From: a virus
Taxonomy: Duplodnaviria; Caudoviricetes
DNA: 64,000 nt
Direction: 5' to 3' (one strand)
IMG/VR virus record: IMGVR_UViG_3300036958_000333
Span: 192,001 to 256,000 of that record
In this document: positions 48,234-58,803 of the stretch, in pieces
How the letters are laid out: each line of letters opens with the position of its first letter
Numbering within the stretch: position 1 is the first letter of the stretch
Notes under the pieces: model-generated
What the model saw: only the letters and a program-made list of their open reading frames with translations
Told to the model about the DNA's origin: nothing
The model's database searches: none
Program-made: the position numbers and the translations under genes

Positions 48234-50157
48234 ATCCGTATATTGGAATAAAATAACCTGATTTGTTATTTATTTTAATCTTAAAATATCCTACTAAATC
48301 TATATCATCAGAATGTATTTGATTAATAATACTATTTGTAGTATCATTTCCTTCTGTTCCGTCTATTCTAATTATCGGACTACCTGAATTTGTTTGGTTT
48401 AAATAAAGTACCTCGACTTGTTCGTTATTATTAGAATATATTTGTAATTTTCCTTTATTACTAAATTCAGATCTACTTATAGAATCATTAGTTCCAAAAG
48501 CAAACCTATCTATATTAGAATCAAATTTTATAACATTAAAATTTTCAAATATATTGTTTTCGCGAACATTTATTTTCATTGACGACCCTTCTGTTTCATC
48601 CCAAAAACATTCTAAACTAAACAAAGAATATACACTATAATCATTTGATATAACAGAAAACCATTCTGTTTTTACTCCTGTCGAATTTATATTATAAAAT
48701 CTTGTAATAAAATAATCAGAATCCGATTTACCAAAAATATCAAAACAATTAGATCCAACATTTTTCATGGTTATTTTAGGCGAAGAAATTAAACTAGAAT
48801 TTAAATAAATAGTATTAAAATAAGCATCTGCACTAGCGTTAGATCCAATTATTGTATTGTCTATTTCTACACCACCAATTCTAACATTATTCCAATCAAT
48901 AGTTGAATTAACCAATAAATCTATTTCATTTGAATTTCCACAAATTATATCCATAGAACCATTAGAGCTTTTAAATTTTAGTTCTGTTGTTTGAGAAGAT
49001 GGAGTTATAAATCCTGAAGTTCCAACAATTCTATTCCAAATATTTTGATTATCTGATCCAAAAACATGATGCCTAGAAGATTCATAATTTTTCAACATAT
49101 TATGATCTATAGAAGATATATCTAATATAAAATATAACGTATCTATTCCTATTTCTGTATCACTATATGGATTTGAATTTCTTATTCTAAAACTATTTTC
49201 CATTTTAAATATACCAGTAGAAGAACTTCCTATTAAAGGATAAAATCTAAGTGGTTTAGCAGCCTTATTTATCTTTAATATGGAATAATCAGAAGCAGAT
49301 ATAATATCTCCCCACCAATATCCATATTCTGACTTTTCACTTTCTTGATTAAAATCAGGTCCAAAAAATAAAGGAATATCAAAGTCGCATATAACTTTAT
49401 CATTCTTATCAGGCAATTCAGATATAGGAATATTTTTATTAAATCTAAATTCTCCTATAGAATAAAAAAACTGATTAATAGAACTATCAGGAATTCTATG
49501 TGTATTTACATATACTCTTAATGATCCCATTTCATATTGACCATCATATACTTTATATCTATATAAATCATCTGGGTCTGGACGATAAGCTTCAATATTA
49601 TATTTACTTATATGATAATATTCTAAAGGAATATTAGTATCAAATTTTACTTTTATTGGACCTTCAATATTATCTCCGGCCATTTGAGTAATATTTAAAG
49701 ATCTTCCAGATATAAATTGTACTGGTTCTTTTAAAAAAGAATTATTTTTAATTTGTAATTTAAAACTTTTTTCATCTAAATTATTTAGAAAATGTCTTTC
49801 TGCCACGGTCATTTTTACATAAGTATCACTATCTTCGATAATATCAATACTAATAGATTCTGGTAAACATTGTTCTTTTAATAATGGAAATTTATCATCA
49901 TTTAATTCAAATACAATATCTAAAAATTCTTTTGCTTGACTAGTTGTACTATAAGTATCAGACAATTGTTTAGTAATAGAAAATATTTTTTCGCTTATTA
50001 GCGCATTATTTCTAAATAATATTGCATCAATTCCTTGTCTTACACTATCTTGATTAATATTTGGAATAGATCTTAATAAAAATGGATTTTCTATAGTTCC
50101 ATCAACTTTTGGTATTATATCTAATACACTCACTTTTATCTCCTTATGCAAAAACAA
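48220..50157 (-). CDS. Virion structural / tail-fibre-like protein
   Basis: 645 aa, beta-rich, in the tail operon. Confidence 0.6.
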   Translation of the reverse strand: MFLHKEIKVSVLDIIPKVDGTIENPFLLRSIPNINQDSVRQGIDAILFRNNALISEKIFSITKQLSDTYSTTSQAKEFLDIVFELNDDKFPLLKEQCLPESISIDIIEDSDTYVKMTVAERHFLNNLDEKSFKLQIKNNSFLKEPVQFISGRSLNITQMAGDNIEGPIKVKFDTNIPLEYYHISKYNIEAYRPDPDDLYRYKVYDGQYEMGSLRVYVNTHRIPDSSINQFFYSIGEFRFNKNIPISELPDKNDKVICDFDIPLFFGPDFNQESEKSEYGYWWGDIISASDYSILKINKAAKPLRFYPLIGSSSTGIFKMENSFRIRNSNPYSDTEIGIDTLYFILDISSIDHNMLKNYESSRHHVFGSDNQNIWNRIVGTSGFITPSSQTTELKFKSSNGSMDIICGNSNEIDLLVNSTIDWNNVRIGGVEIDNTIIGSNASADAYFNTIYLNSSLISSPKITMKNVGSNCFDIFGKSDSDYFITRFYNINSTGVKTEWFSVISNDYSVYSLFSLECFWDETEGSSMKINVRENNIFENFNVIKFDSNIDRFAFGTNDSISRSEFSNKGKLQIYSNNNEQVEVLYLNQTNSGSPIIRIDGTEGNDTTNSIINQIHSDDIDLVGYFKIKINNKSGYFIPIYGFNND

Positions 50158-50611
50158 TAGTCCAATTTAACGTAAATTTTAACTCGCTACTTTTTGTTAA
50201 TCCAGAAAACGTTACCATTGAAAACAATTCTCCTTCTTCTGTTTTTAATCCAGCTTCGTTAATTCTCATACTATTGCAATCAGTTGTGCTTATAACTCCG
50301 GTGCATTTAAATCTAGTTTTATATCCTATATTCCATTCTGGTGAAACTGGAACCTCCAATACAGAATTATATATATCTTCTCTATTTATATCTATTGTTT
50401 TAGGTATAGTTCCGTCTTCTCCTCCGGTTCCAAAAACCATTTTACTTATATAAAAATTATATGAAGCAAATTGATTAGCCATTGCCATTGCTAAAATTTG
50501 TTTTCCTTTATTTACAACAGTATTAGATTTTGAAATATTGGCAATAATATTTCCTGTTATTATATCTTCTACTGTAAGATTTATAAATCCTTTTGGGAAA
50601 ATTTCAGACAT
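50144..50611 (-). CDS. Tail-collar/fibre-attachment-like baseplate protein
   Basis: NTVVNKGKQILA...M.FGTGG...INEAGL......F....K....L.WTI.F. Confidence 0.65.
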   Translation of the reverse strand: MSEIFPKGFINLTVEDIITGNIIANISKSNTVVNKGKQILAMAMANQFASYNFYISKMVFGTGGEDGTIPKTIDINREDIYNSVLEVPVSPEWNIGYKTRFKCTGVISTTDCNSMRINEAGLKTEEGELFSMVTFSGLTKSSELKFTLNWTIVFA

Positions 50612-50626
50612 TATAATCTCCTTTTA

Positions 50627-53600
50627 TTATGAAGAAAGATTTATTTTTACCTTTCCTCCAGTATATATATTTTCTACTTCTAAATTTATTGTTTCGTTTT
50701 GTTGTATTTTATCAACATTAATGGGTCCACGAAAATATCCACTAAGATCACATACAACTTCTATAACATCTTCTGGATATACATCATGTCCGGTTATACC
50801 GTCGCCGAAATATATTTTTATTTCATGATCAGATATTCTTTTAACTATATATTCTTTAAGTCCAATATTTCCTGGAGACTCATCATATTTTGTCCATTTT
50901 TCTACTCTATGCCATTGTTTTCCATTAACGTAAACATTTATATCATTTCCTATAACTAAATAATTATAATATATATTTAAATATACCTGTTCTCCTTTTA
51001 TTTTATTAACAACTTTATAATAATTATTATGTGTTGTGTTTACTGGACCTATAATAAAGAAATTATTTAAATACTTTGTATCAGATTTCACCAAAATAGT
51101 ATTTTTATCGTCTTCGGAATTTATTTTTATATCATATGTTCCTGGAACTATTTCTAATATATTATTAACAGGAACTTTTAAATTAGATATATTTGGATCT
51201 ATTGTAATATTAACAATATCTGATTTTGGAACATCTAAATTATAATCATATATATTTCTTCTTATTATTCTATAATGAGAGTTTGGATCAGAAAAACTTC
51301 CAGTATATGATCCATCTTGCTGTAAATCGTCTGAAAATGTTATAATAGATCCAGAAACGCTTTCTACTTGAGCCCAAGAATAATTAATTTCTTTTAAATC
51401 AATATCCAATTCATATCGTATAACTAAATCTTCTGCTTTTATATAATAATTATCAAAATTTATTTCTGTATCCTCTAGGGTATACTCGCTCCCTCCGGTC
51501 GCAGTTCCTTCAAGAATATTTATTAATTCATTTGTATTTGGATATACAGAATTTTCTTTATATTCTGTTAATTTACACATTCTTATTTTCATCAACTGAG
51601 ATGATATTACTTCTTCTATTGAAAGTTCATTTATTTTTATTTTATAATAATTATCATCATATATTTCTGAAACGTTATAATATAAGTATTCGTCTCCAAA
51701 TAATATTCCAATTAAAATATCATTTAATTTCTTTGTATCTGTTAAATTATGATAAATTATATTATAAAAATTAAAACAATTATCTTTTGCATATATTATA
51801 TCTGTTGACGATGTTATATAACCAAAATTACTAGATAAACATTTTTCAAATATTGAAAAATTATGAATTCCATCGGTTCCATTAGCATATCCGTTAAATT
51901 TTATTTTATTATTAACAACATTTATAATTTTATAATAATATCTGTCATCTATACATGCATAAAAAGAATCTCTAATTATATTCCATTCAGATATAAAATC
52001 ACTAATTCCATCAATTTCCACCTCTCCATATACGTCATCTCTCTTTAAATATCCAGAAATAGAATCTAAAGATTCTATAATATTACCATCTTTATAAATA
52101 GAAAAAGAAATTTGTTTATCATAATCATAACCATATTCATAATTACCTAATACAATAATATTATTATTAATATATTCTATATTATATTCTCCAATTGTTG
52201 CTCCAGAATTTATATAAACAGTATAAATATGAGTATCATCTTTTATATCAAAATTTACAATATCTCCATTTTCCAATAAATCTATGTTAGAATATATTAT
52301 AAATTTTCCAGATTTAATTACAGAAACAGAAATATTTCCAGGCCAATTGGGAGATTCTGATACCGCTTGTGGAAATCTTCTAGTATAAATAGAATAAACC
52401 CAAGGACCTGTATGTGAGTATGGAGGATCTGGAAGATCATCTATTCCATCATCTGTCCCGTCACATAATCTTATTTGATTTTTATATATTTTTGATATAT
52501 TATAAGATTTTCCACCATGTTCTCCAGAATCTATAGGAGATTCAATTACAACCCTCGATAAATTAACGTTTAATAAAACAGGTAAAAGAGACTCGACGTG
52601 TTCTTGTTTTGTTCCAATAGGAAAAGAGTTAAAAGAAACATTAATATCATATAAACATACATTTTCCTTTAAATCTTCTAGTTTTGTTTCAAATACAGCA
52701 TCTGCAAAAAAATAACTCTCTGATTTTTTTCTTTTTTGAAACTCATTTATTTCTTGATCAATAGGATAATATCCTATAGTAGTTACATCTTGATATTGAT
52801 TAATTATATTTAAACTAATATTAGAATCTATCCTTACAGTATCTAATATTTGACTAGAATAAGATATATTCTTAACATTAGAATGAAATGGTTTAAATTC
52901 TTTAATTAAATCATTTATTTCTTTTGTCATTTTATCAGAAAAATTTTGAACATTTAAAGAAATAGAAAAATATGAACTCCAACAACATTTACATTTATCC
53001 TTAAATGTTTCGTCAATATCGCATGGATTATAAGATGGCCTAATTGATCCATCATATTCTTCCATATTATAGACATTTTCAGACCAAGGAAATTTTGTTC
53101 TAATATATCCATAAATTAATGGTTCATGAAGCGCATTTCTTTTTGAACATACGTCGCAAATATTATATTCATCCAAACATATTAAATTTTCAACCATTTC
53201 ATTTTGCGAAACATAACACGTAGAATCTGGAAGAAGTCTTGTGTTATAATTAACATATGGAATTAATTTATTATCATAATAACTTTTATCAATAGGTTCT
53301 CTATTATCTAATAATGGAAGAGATATTATAAAATCATCTTTACTTATACTGTAATTATCAAAATTTATTAAATAATCAGAACTAGAAGAATTCATTTCAT
53401 ATGGATATTTATTATATTGATATCTAAACTTCAATATATCATTTTCTTTTGGAGTAAATTCCTTTAATTTTCCAGATATCTTATCTTTTCCTATTATTTT
53501 ACCATCTTTATTTTTAGTTGAATTGACAGTATTTACTTCTTTTCTTATTATACCTTTTAAATTAGAATAATTTAAATAATTAGTTCCATTTAACATTATA

Positions 53601-55657
53601 TTAAATTCTATATTTTCGACAATAAGAGATTTATTAATAAATAAATTTTCTGATTCTCCATAATATTTAATTCTAAATTTAATTAATCTATATTCATCTG
53701 GATCCGTATGATCTTCATATTCAATAGATTCTGCTTCATATAAACCATTTATAACATTTCCAAAAATTATATGAATTTGATATAAAGATATTTCATTATA
53801 AAAATCATCTTCAATGTTATCAAATATTCCGGTTTTATCTTTATATTCTATATAATATTCTTGAGATTCTGTATAAAAATTCCATCCTATTTGAGGTTTA
53901 TATATTTCTGTCTTTGTTTCTTTTAATGATGAATCTAAATAAACCAAATCAAATAAATCATAGATTAAATGATTTTTATCATCATATATTGGAAATAAAT
54001 CAAACCATTTTTCTTTTTCAACAGAATAATATTCAATTTTATATCTAGAATAATTTAAATTATTTATTCCAATAATATCTTCATAATCTTGTCCAAAAAT
54101 ATCATATCCATCTTGAGTATATTGAATTAATGGAGAATATGTAGTATTATGATATTCTACAGTATTAGGTTTATTTTTTAAAAAAAAGTAATCTGTCCAT
54201 AAATAATCAGAATATACTTGCCAATAAAATATTATACTTGTTGTCTCTACTCCTATCAATTGTAATGCTCTTATTAGACCTCGAGCCGTTCCTTTTTGTT
54301 TTAAAACTTTTGGTAAATTAACTAATTGTCTTCTCCAAACACTTGCTCCATTTCCCTTTAGTCTATATGAAAATAAATTAGATAGATAAGGAAGAGTTTT
54401 TAAATGGCATCTACTTGGATCTAATAATTGAGGAAATTGATCTGCTTTTTCTTGAACATCATATATGCTTTCTCCAAATGCTCTCAAAGTTTGATTTAAA
54501 ACATCGTTTGCTTGATAATCTATGTAAAAAAATGGCAAATGCTTTTCTAATATTTGATAATAATTTTCTCTTGTAAATTTTCTAGAAAATACTTCTGGTA
54601 TTTCAAAATCTTCATATATTAAATATGTATTTTGAAATATTTCATAAATATCTGATCCTTGTCTTAAATAATACCAATATGCTATATAACTACCGCTTCC
54701 TGTATTAAAATTATCTTCTATAAACCAATCCAAATAATATCTATATATTATATTATTTTCTTCAGTAGTATAAGTTTCAAAAGAAATAGGAGAACTATAA
54801 AATGACTTTATATAACCATTTTTTTGATCAGAATGACTACCTATAGTTATTTCATTTAAATTTTTATCCAGTATTTTCCAATAAAAAATATCTGAAAAAT
54901 TATAATTTGAATTATTAAAACCTACTATAAAAAATGAATTATAAACATTTAAATTGTTAGACTTATATAAATTTAAACATGGATATGAATCAAAATTTAC
55001 ATTATCTGTAGATATTTGTAAAGTACAAGAAGATAAATTTGGTATTGTTGAAAAATCACAACCTGATTCAAAACATTCAAAATAATATAAGTCTTTTTTC
55101 CATAACGGAGAAAAATAATTTAAATTTTCATCAAAACTTATTGTAGCTTCTTTATCTATAAAATCTACTGATATATTATTATAATCATAGTCAACTATAA
55201 CAAATTCTATTATTCCATCTGGAATTTCAGAAAAAACTCCAGATATTATTAATACATTACTCTGTGGTTGATAATCATTATCATATGATAATGTTGGAAT
55301 GTCTATTATTTTATAAAAACCAGAAATTGTATTTGGAGAAGAAATTTTAACATAATAATTTCCATTCAATAAATTAATTAAATTTTTTTGATTATTTTCA
55401 GATAAGGAAAAGAAATTTAAAAAATTTATATCTAAACTTGATTTAAGATATACATTTCTACTTCCATAAAAAGATCTTATTTGTATATTTTCTTTATAAG
55501 GTTCTATATGGCTATTATCTAATTTTTCTATACATACCTTTTTTATCTCTTCAAGATGTATTTTTTGACCATTAGAATCATAAAGATCATTAATTGTTAA
55601 ATATAATCTTGCTGTTTCTCCAACATGCAAATCGTTATATGAAGTTTTTATAATCAC
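50627..55657 (-). CDS. Large baseplate wedge protein containing a P2 gpI-like domain
   Basis: LLDP..C....LPYLSNLF......WRRQL......KQKGT..GL...L; FKPFH. Confidence 0.7.
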   Translation of the reverse strand: MIIKTSYNDLHVGETARLYLTINDLYDSNGQKIHLEEIKKVCIEKLDNSHIEPYKENIQIRSFYGSRNVYLKSSLDINFLNFFSLSENNQKNLINLLNGNYYVKISSPNTISGFYKIIDIPTLSYDNDYQPQSNVLIISGVFSEIPDGIIEFVIVDYDYNNISVDFIDKEATISFDENLNYFSPLWKKDLYYFECFESGCDFSTIPNLSSCTLQISTDNVNFDSYPCLNLYKSNNLNVYNSFFIVGFNNSNYNFSDIFYWKILDKNLNEITIGSHSDQKNGYIKSFYSSPISFETYTTEENNIIYRYYLDWFIEDNFNTGSGSYIAYWYYLRQGSDIYEIFQNTYLIYEDFEIPEVFSRKFTRENYYQILEKHLPFFYIDYQANDVLNQTLRAFGESIYDVQEKADQFPQLLDPSRCHLKTLPYLSNLFSYRLKGNGASVWRRQLVNLPKVLKQKGTARGLIRALQLIGVETTSIIFYWQVYSDYLWTDYFFLKNKPNTVEYHNTTYSPLIQYTQDGYDIFGQDYEDIIGINNLNYSRYKIEYYSVEKEKWFDLFPIYDDKNHLIYDLFDLVYLDSSLKETKTEIYKPQIGWNFYTESQEYYIEYKDKTGIFDNIEDDFYNEISLYQIHIIFGNVINGLYEAESIEYEDHTDPDEYRLIKFRIKYYGESENLFINKSLIVENIEFNIMLNGTNYLNYSNLKGIIRKEVNTVNSTKNKDGKIIGKDKISGKLKEFTPKENDILKFRYQYNKYPYEMNSSSSDYLINFDNYSISKDDFIISLPLLDNREPIDKSYYDNKLIPYVNYNTRLLPDSTCYVSQNEMVENLICLDEYNICDVCSKRNALHEPLIYGYIRTKFPWSENVYNMEEYDGSIRPSYNPCDIDETFKDKCKCCWSSYFSISLNVQNFSDKMTKEINDLIKEFKPFHSNVKNISYSSQILDTVRIDSNISLNIINQYQDVTTIGYYPIDQEINEFQKRKKSESYFFADAVFETKLEDLKENVCLYDINVSFNSFPIGTKQEHVESLLPVLLNVNLSRVVIESPIDSGEHGGKSYNISKIYKNQIRLCDGTDDGIDDLPDPPYSHTGPWVYSIYTRRFPQAVSESPNWPGNISVSVIKSGKFIIYSNIDLLENGDIVNFDIKDDTHIYTVYINSGATIGEYNIEYINNNIIVLGNYEYGYDYDKQISFSIYKDGNIIESLDSISGYLKRDDVYGEVEIDGISDFISEWNIIRDSFYACIDDRYYYKIINVVNNKIKFNGYANGTDGIHNFSIFEKCLSSNFGYITSSTDIIYAKDNCFNFYNIIYHNLTDTKKLNDILIGILFGDEYLYYNVSEIYDDNYYKIKINELSIEEVISSQLMKIRMCKLTEYKENSVYPNTNELINILEGTATGGSEYTLEDTEINFDNYYIKAEDLVIRYELDIDLKEINYSWAQVESVSGSIITFSDDLQQDGSYTGSFSDPNSHYRIIRRNIYDYNLDVPKSDIVNITIDPNISNLKVPVNNILEIVPGTYDIKINSEDDKNTILVKSDTKYLNNFFIIGPVNTTHNNYYKVVNKIKGEQVYLNIYYNYLVIGNDINVYVNGKQWHRVEKWTKYDESPGNIGLKEYIVKRISDHEIKIYFGDGITGHDVYPEDVIEVVCDLSGYFRGPINVDKIQQNETINLEVENIYTGGKVKINLSS

Positions 55658-55659
55658 TA

Positions 55660-57243
55660 TTAACTCACCATATTTATAGATATGTTAATATTACCTGGTC
55701 TTATAATTTTCCAGAAATCAACTAATAAATTATCAGTACTAGAAATTAAATTTTGACTATTTGCTACAAACTCTACGTCTACTGATGTTATATTTGGTAT
55801 TGAGTTTAAATATTGTACTAAATCATACTTTTTTAACGGCTGTCCTATTCTCCATCTATTTAAATCAAAAAAATCATTAATTATTTCTACTATTTTGTCA
55901 TTTATGTCTTTTTTAAATTCAAAATAAAACTTATTAACTTCTACATTTATGTTAATATTTTGAAATACTTGTCCTGCATCTTTAATACAAACATAATCGG
56001 TTAACATTTTTATAGAATTAATATAATTTAATAACTCCCTTTTTAATACGGAGTTTGCAGTAACCAAAGTTTTTTCTGTTTCTTGTTGTAAAACATAAAT
56101 ATCTACTATGTTTCCAGAACACCCGCTATTTCTTAAAACAGCTATTGCTTTTCCTATTCTGCCATGATATATAGTAGAAAATTTTTCAGACAAAAAAGAA
56201 TAATCTTCACCACTAACACATCTATTTTGAGCTTTATTCCATAAAGGCAATTTTGATTTTATCTCATTTATTGATTCAGCATTTTCTCCACCTTCTCCTC
56301 TTGTATAATTAGTAATAACAACAGGAACAGAACCTGGAACTAAATTACTTGTAATATTTATAATTTGATTAATATATCCAGCAGATATGTTTCCTCTACT
56401 TCCACCACCATATCTAAAATTAATAGTAATTTTAGATCCAGCAGGAGGTATTTTTCCTTTTACATCATCAGCAAATAATATTAAAGCTCTATATTTTTCA
56501 TCTCTTTCTATTACATAATATGGACCATTATCATTTTCATTAAAAAAATCAACATTAATCCATTTTTGATTATTAACATATACTTCTATAGATCCATCTA
56601 ATATATTTTCAACTGAAACAAAATAACTCTGATTTCTTGATCCATTAGATGTAAAATTAACAACTGAAGAAGTTCCTTCTAATGCTACTATAGACATATT
56701 ATTTACTGAACCAGCTGGAATATAAATATCTTGATTTAATATCGGATTCCATTCTTCATCTGCAGGATATAATTCAAAATTTAATGCTCTTCCATCTCTA
56801 GAGGAAGCTGATATAAAATGTCCTCTTGTTATTTTTATATCAAAAGTATAAGGATTAGGAATAGATGCAGATATTTTGGCAATTGACGCTCTTGGTGGTC
56901 TAACTGGATATCCTACTAGCTTTGCTAATCTATGAGCGTTTTTTAATCGAGAAACTGTATCTACAAACATTTCATTTGCATATAAATCCAACTTAAATGA
57001 AATCAAATCTGCCATATATGCCCATAACTCTACAAGCATTATTCCTAAATCCGATTCTACAAAATCATTAAAATCATCTGGAAAATATTTTTTAATATAC
57101 TCTATAGTTCTTTTTTTAATTGAATAAAAATCAAAAGCAGTATAAGATATATTTTTTAAATCTGGAATTCCAGTAATTTCTCCTATATCAAAAGGTTTTG
57201 GGTTTTTGAATGGATTATCTGGTCTATTTTCAATATTTGTCAT
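55660..57243 (-). CDS. Baseplate wedge subunit, T4 gp6 / P2 gpJ-like
   Basis: SYT..DF..IK......F.DFVESDLG..LVEL.AY, GG...ES..EIK......QNRCVS.EDY. Confidence 0.88.
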   Translation of the reverse strand: MTNIENRPDNPFKNPKPFDIGEITGIPDLKNISYTAFDFYSIKKRTIEYIKKYFPDDFNDFVESDLGIMLVELWAYMADLISFKLDLYANEMFVDTVSRLKNAHRLAKLVGYPVRPPRASIAKISASIPNPYTFDIKITRGHFISASSRDGRALNFELYPADEEWNPILNQDIYIPAGSVNNMSIVALEGTSSVVNFTSNGSRNQSYFVSVENILDGSIEVYVNNQKWINVDFFNENDNGPYYVIERDEKYRALILFADDVKGKIPPAGSKITINFRYGGGSRGNISAGYINQIINITSNLVPGSVPVVITNYTRGEGGENAESINEIKSKLPLWNKAQNRCVSGEDYSFLSEKFSTIYHGRIGKAIAVLRNSGCSGNIVDIYVLQQETEKTLVTANSVLKRELLNYINSIKMLTDYVCIKDAGQVFQNININVEVNKFYFEFKKDINDKIVEIINDFFDLNRWRIGQPLKKYDLVQYLNSIPNITSVDVEFVANSQNLISSTDNLLVDFWKIIRPGNINISINMVS

Positions 57244-57254
57244 AATTAAATCCT

Positions 57255-57767
57255 TTAAGATTTATTTAATTTAAAAACTAAACTTTCTATTCCGTCTAAA
57301 TTGTTTTTCAAAGCATAATCTATTCTTATTATAATAGAATTTAAATCAATATTATCTGAATTATTTGAAATATGATTTAATAAATTTTTATCTGATTCCC
57401 CATATCTTACATCTATTCTTTTAACAACTATTCTAGGTTCCCATCTTCTTATTGCTTCTGATATTATTGAATTAGCTTGTTCTAATGTAATAGGATCAAC
57501 AGCTTCAAATATTAACTTTCTTAAACCAGTTCCATAACTTGGCATCATTAATCTTTCACCTGGTTCAGTGAGTATTAATTGAATCAAATCTGCTTTAATA
57601 ACTTCATGATTAATAGCTCGAAAGAAAAAACCTCTAGGATCATTTCTATTTAGTGGAAAAGGAAATCCTTTAATAGAATAATTTTGAGATTTTATATATT
57701 CTTCTCTACTTTGTTCATAATTATAAAAACTATCATATTTTCTTTTATTTTGTTCGTTATCAGACAT
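57255..57767 (-). CDS. Baseplate wedge / sheath initiator, gp25/GPW-like
   Basis: IKADLIQLILTEPGERLMMPSYGTGL...FE...AIRRWEPRI.V. Confidence 0.92.
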   Translation of the reverse strand: MSDNEQNKRKYDSFYNYEQSREEYIKSQNYSIKGFPFPLNRNDPRGFFFRAINHEVIKADLIQLILTEPGERLMMPSYGTGLRKLIFEAVDPITLEQANSIISEAIRRWEPRIVVKRIDVRYGESDKNLLNHISNNSDNIDLNSIIIRIDYALKNNLDGIESLVFKLNKS

Positions 57768-57768
57768 A

Positions 57769-58158
57769 TTAATCCTTTTTATAATTATTCATCATACTAT
57801 CTATGTGAAAATCAGATAATTTTTTCACAGATAAATCATCTACTGTATCTGGACATATCCTAATATTTACAGGAATTATAATTCCTGTAAAAATTTCTTT
57901 AGAAAAATAATCTAATTCATCTGATTTTAACCACATTCTCATATATAATTTTTCAATATTTTTATCCCAATATAAATAACCATATGTTATTACATCTTCG
58001 TTTTTATTAAAATATTTATGAACAGAAAAACAATATTTATCTAATTTATACAATTCATTTTCAGAATATGTAACACCTTCAATATTTATTGAACAAGGAT
58101 AAAAAATTATTTCAAATTCTATAAATACTTTCACATAACAATATAGAAAAGTTATCAC
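57769..58158 (-). CDS. Hypothetical protein
   Basis: 129 aa, GTG start. Confidence 0.55.
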   Translation of the reverse strand: MITFLYCYVKVFIEFEIIFYPCSINIEGVTYSENELYKLDKYCFSVHKYFNKNEDVITYGYLYWDKNIEKLYMRMWLKSDELDYFSKEIFTGIIIPVNIRICPDTVDDLSVKKLSDFHIDSMMNNYKKD

Positions 58159-58177
58159 AAAGATTTATTAAAACGAA

Positions 58178-58729
58178 TTAATAATTTTTAAATGTATTAT
58201 AATAATTAGAAAATTTACTTTTTAAACTAGGATTCAGGTTTTCTATTAACATTAAAAATACTGGATCAAATTCAATTAACATTTCTTGAACACGTATTGG
58301 TAAATTTTGAAAATACCCATGTGGTATTTTCATATTTTTAAATCTTCTTCTTAATAATTCTGGATGACTAATTATACAATAAAAAGCGACTTCGTCATCT
58401 GGATTTTTTATAGAAAGAATATTAATAACATTATCAATAACAACTTCTAATTGGACCTGTTTTGATGGGTTTTTTAAACAATTTATTGCATAACTATCTT
58501 TTCTAACTGATGCAAGTTTTATCATTTCAGGAACATTTTCTTCACCTATTTTTTCTACAATATTCCTTAATAACCATGGATTCATTTTAACAATCTTTAA
58601 TTGTAATTGAACACTAATATTAGAAATATATGATATATTATTTGGATCTTTTATTATTAATTCTAACTGCTCTTTTTCTGATAAATGATCATATTTTCCG
58701 GACTCGTTTTCGTTTATATACATTCTCAT
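58178..58729 (-). CDS. Helical repeat protein, paralog of 42223-42996
   Basis: ES.KYD..SE.EQL.LI..DP.NI.YI.N; PD.E..FYCI.S.P.LL; YF.NL...VQ.ML.E. Confidence 0.7.
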   Translation of the reverse strand: MRMYINENESGKYDHLSEKEQLELIIKDPNNISYISNISVQLQLKIVKMNPWLLRNIVEKIGEENVPEMIKLASVRKDSYAINCLKNPSKQVQLEVVIDNVINILSIKNPDDEVAFYCIISHPELLRRRFKNMKIPHGYFQNLPIRVQEMLIEFDPVFLMLIENLNPSLKSKFSNYYNTFKNY

Positions 58730-58803
58730 TTAATAATCCTTTTAAAATATTAATATATTATATATGTATAACATAATAATTGTTTTTTTTAATAAAATTT
58801 TTA

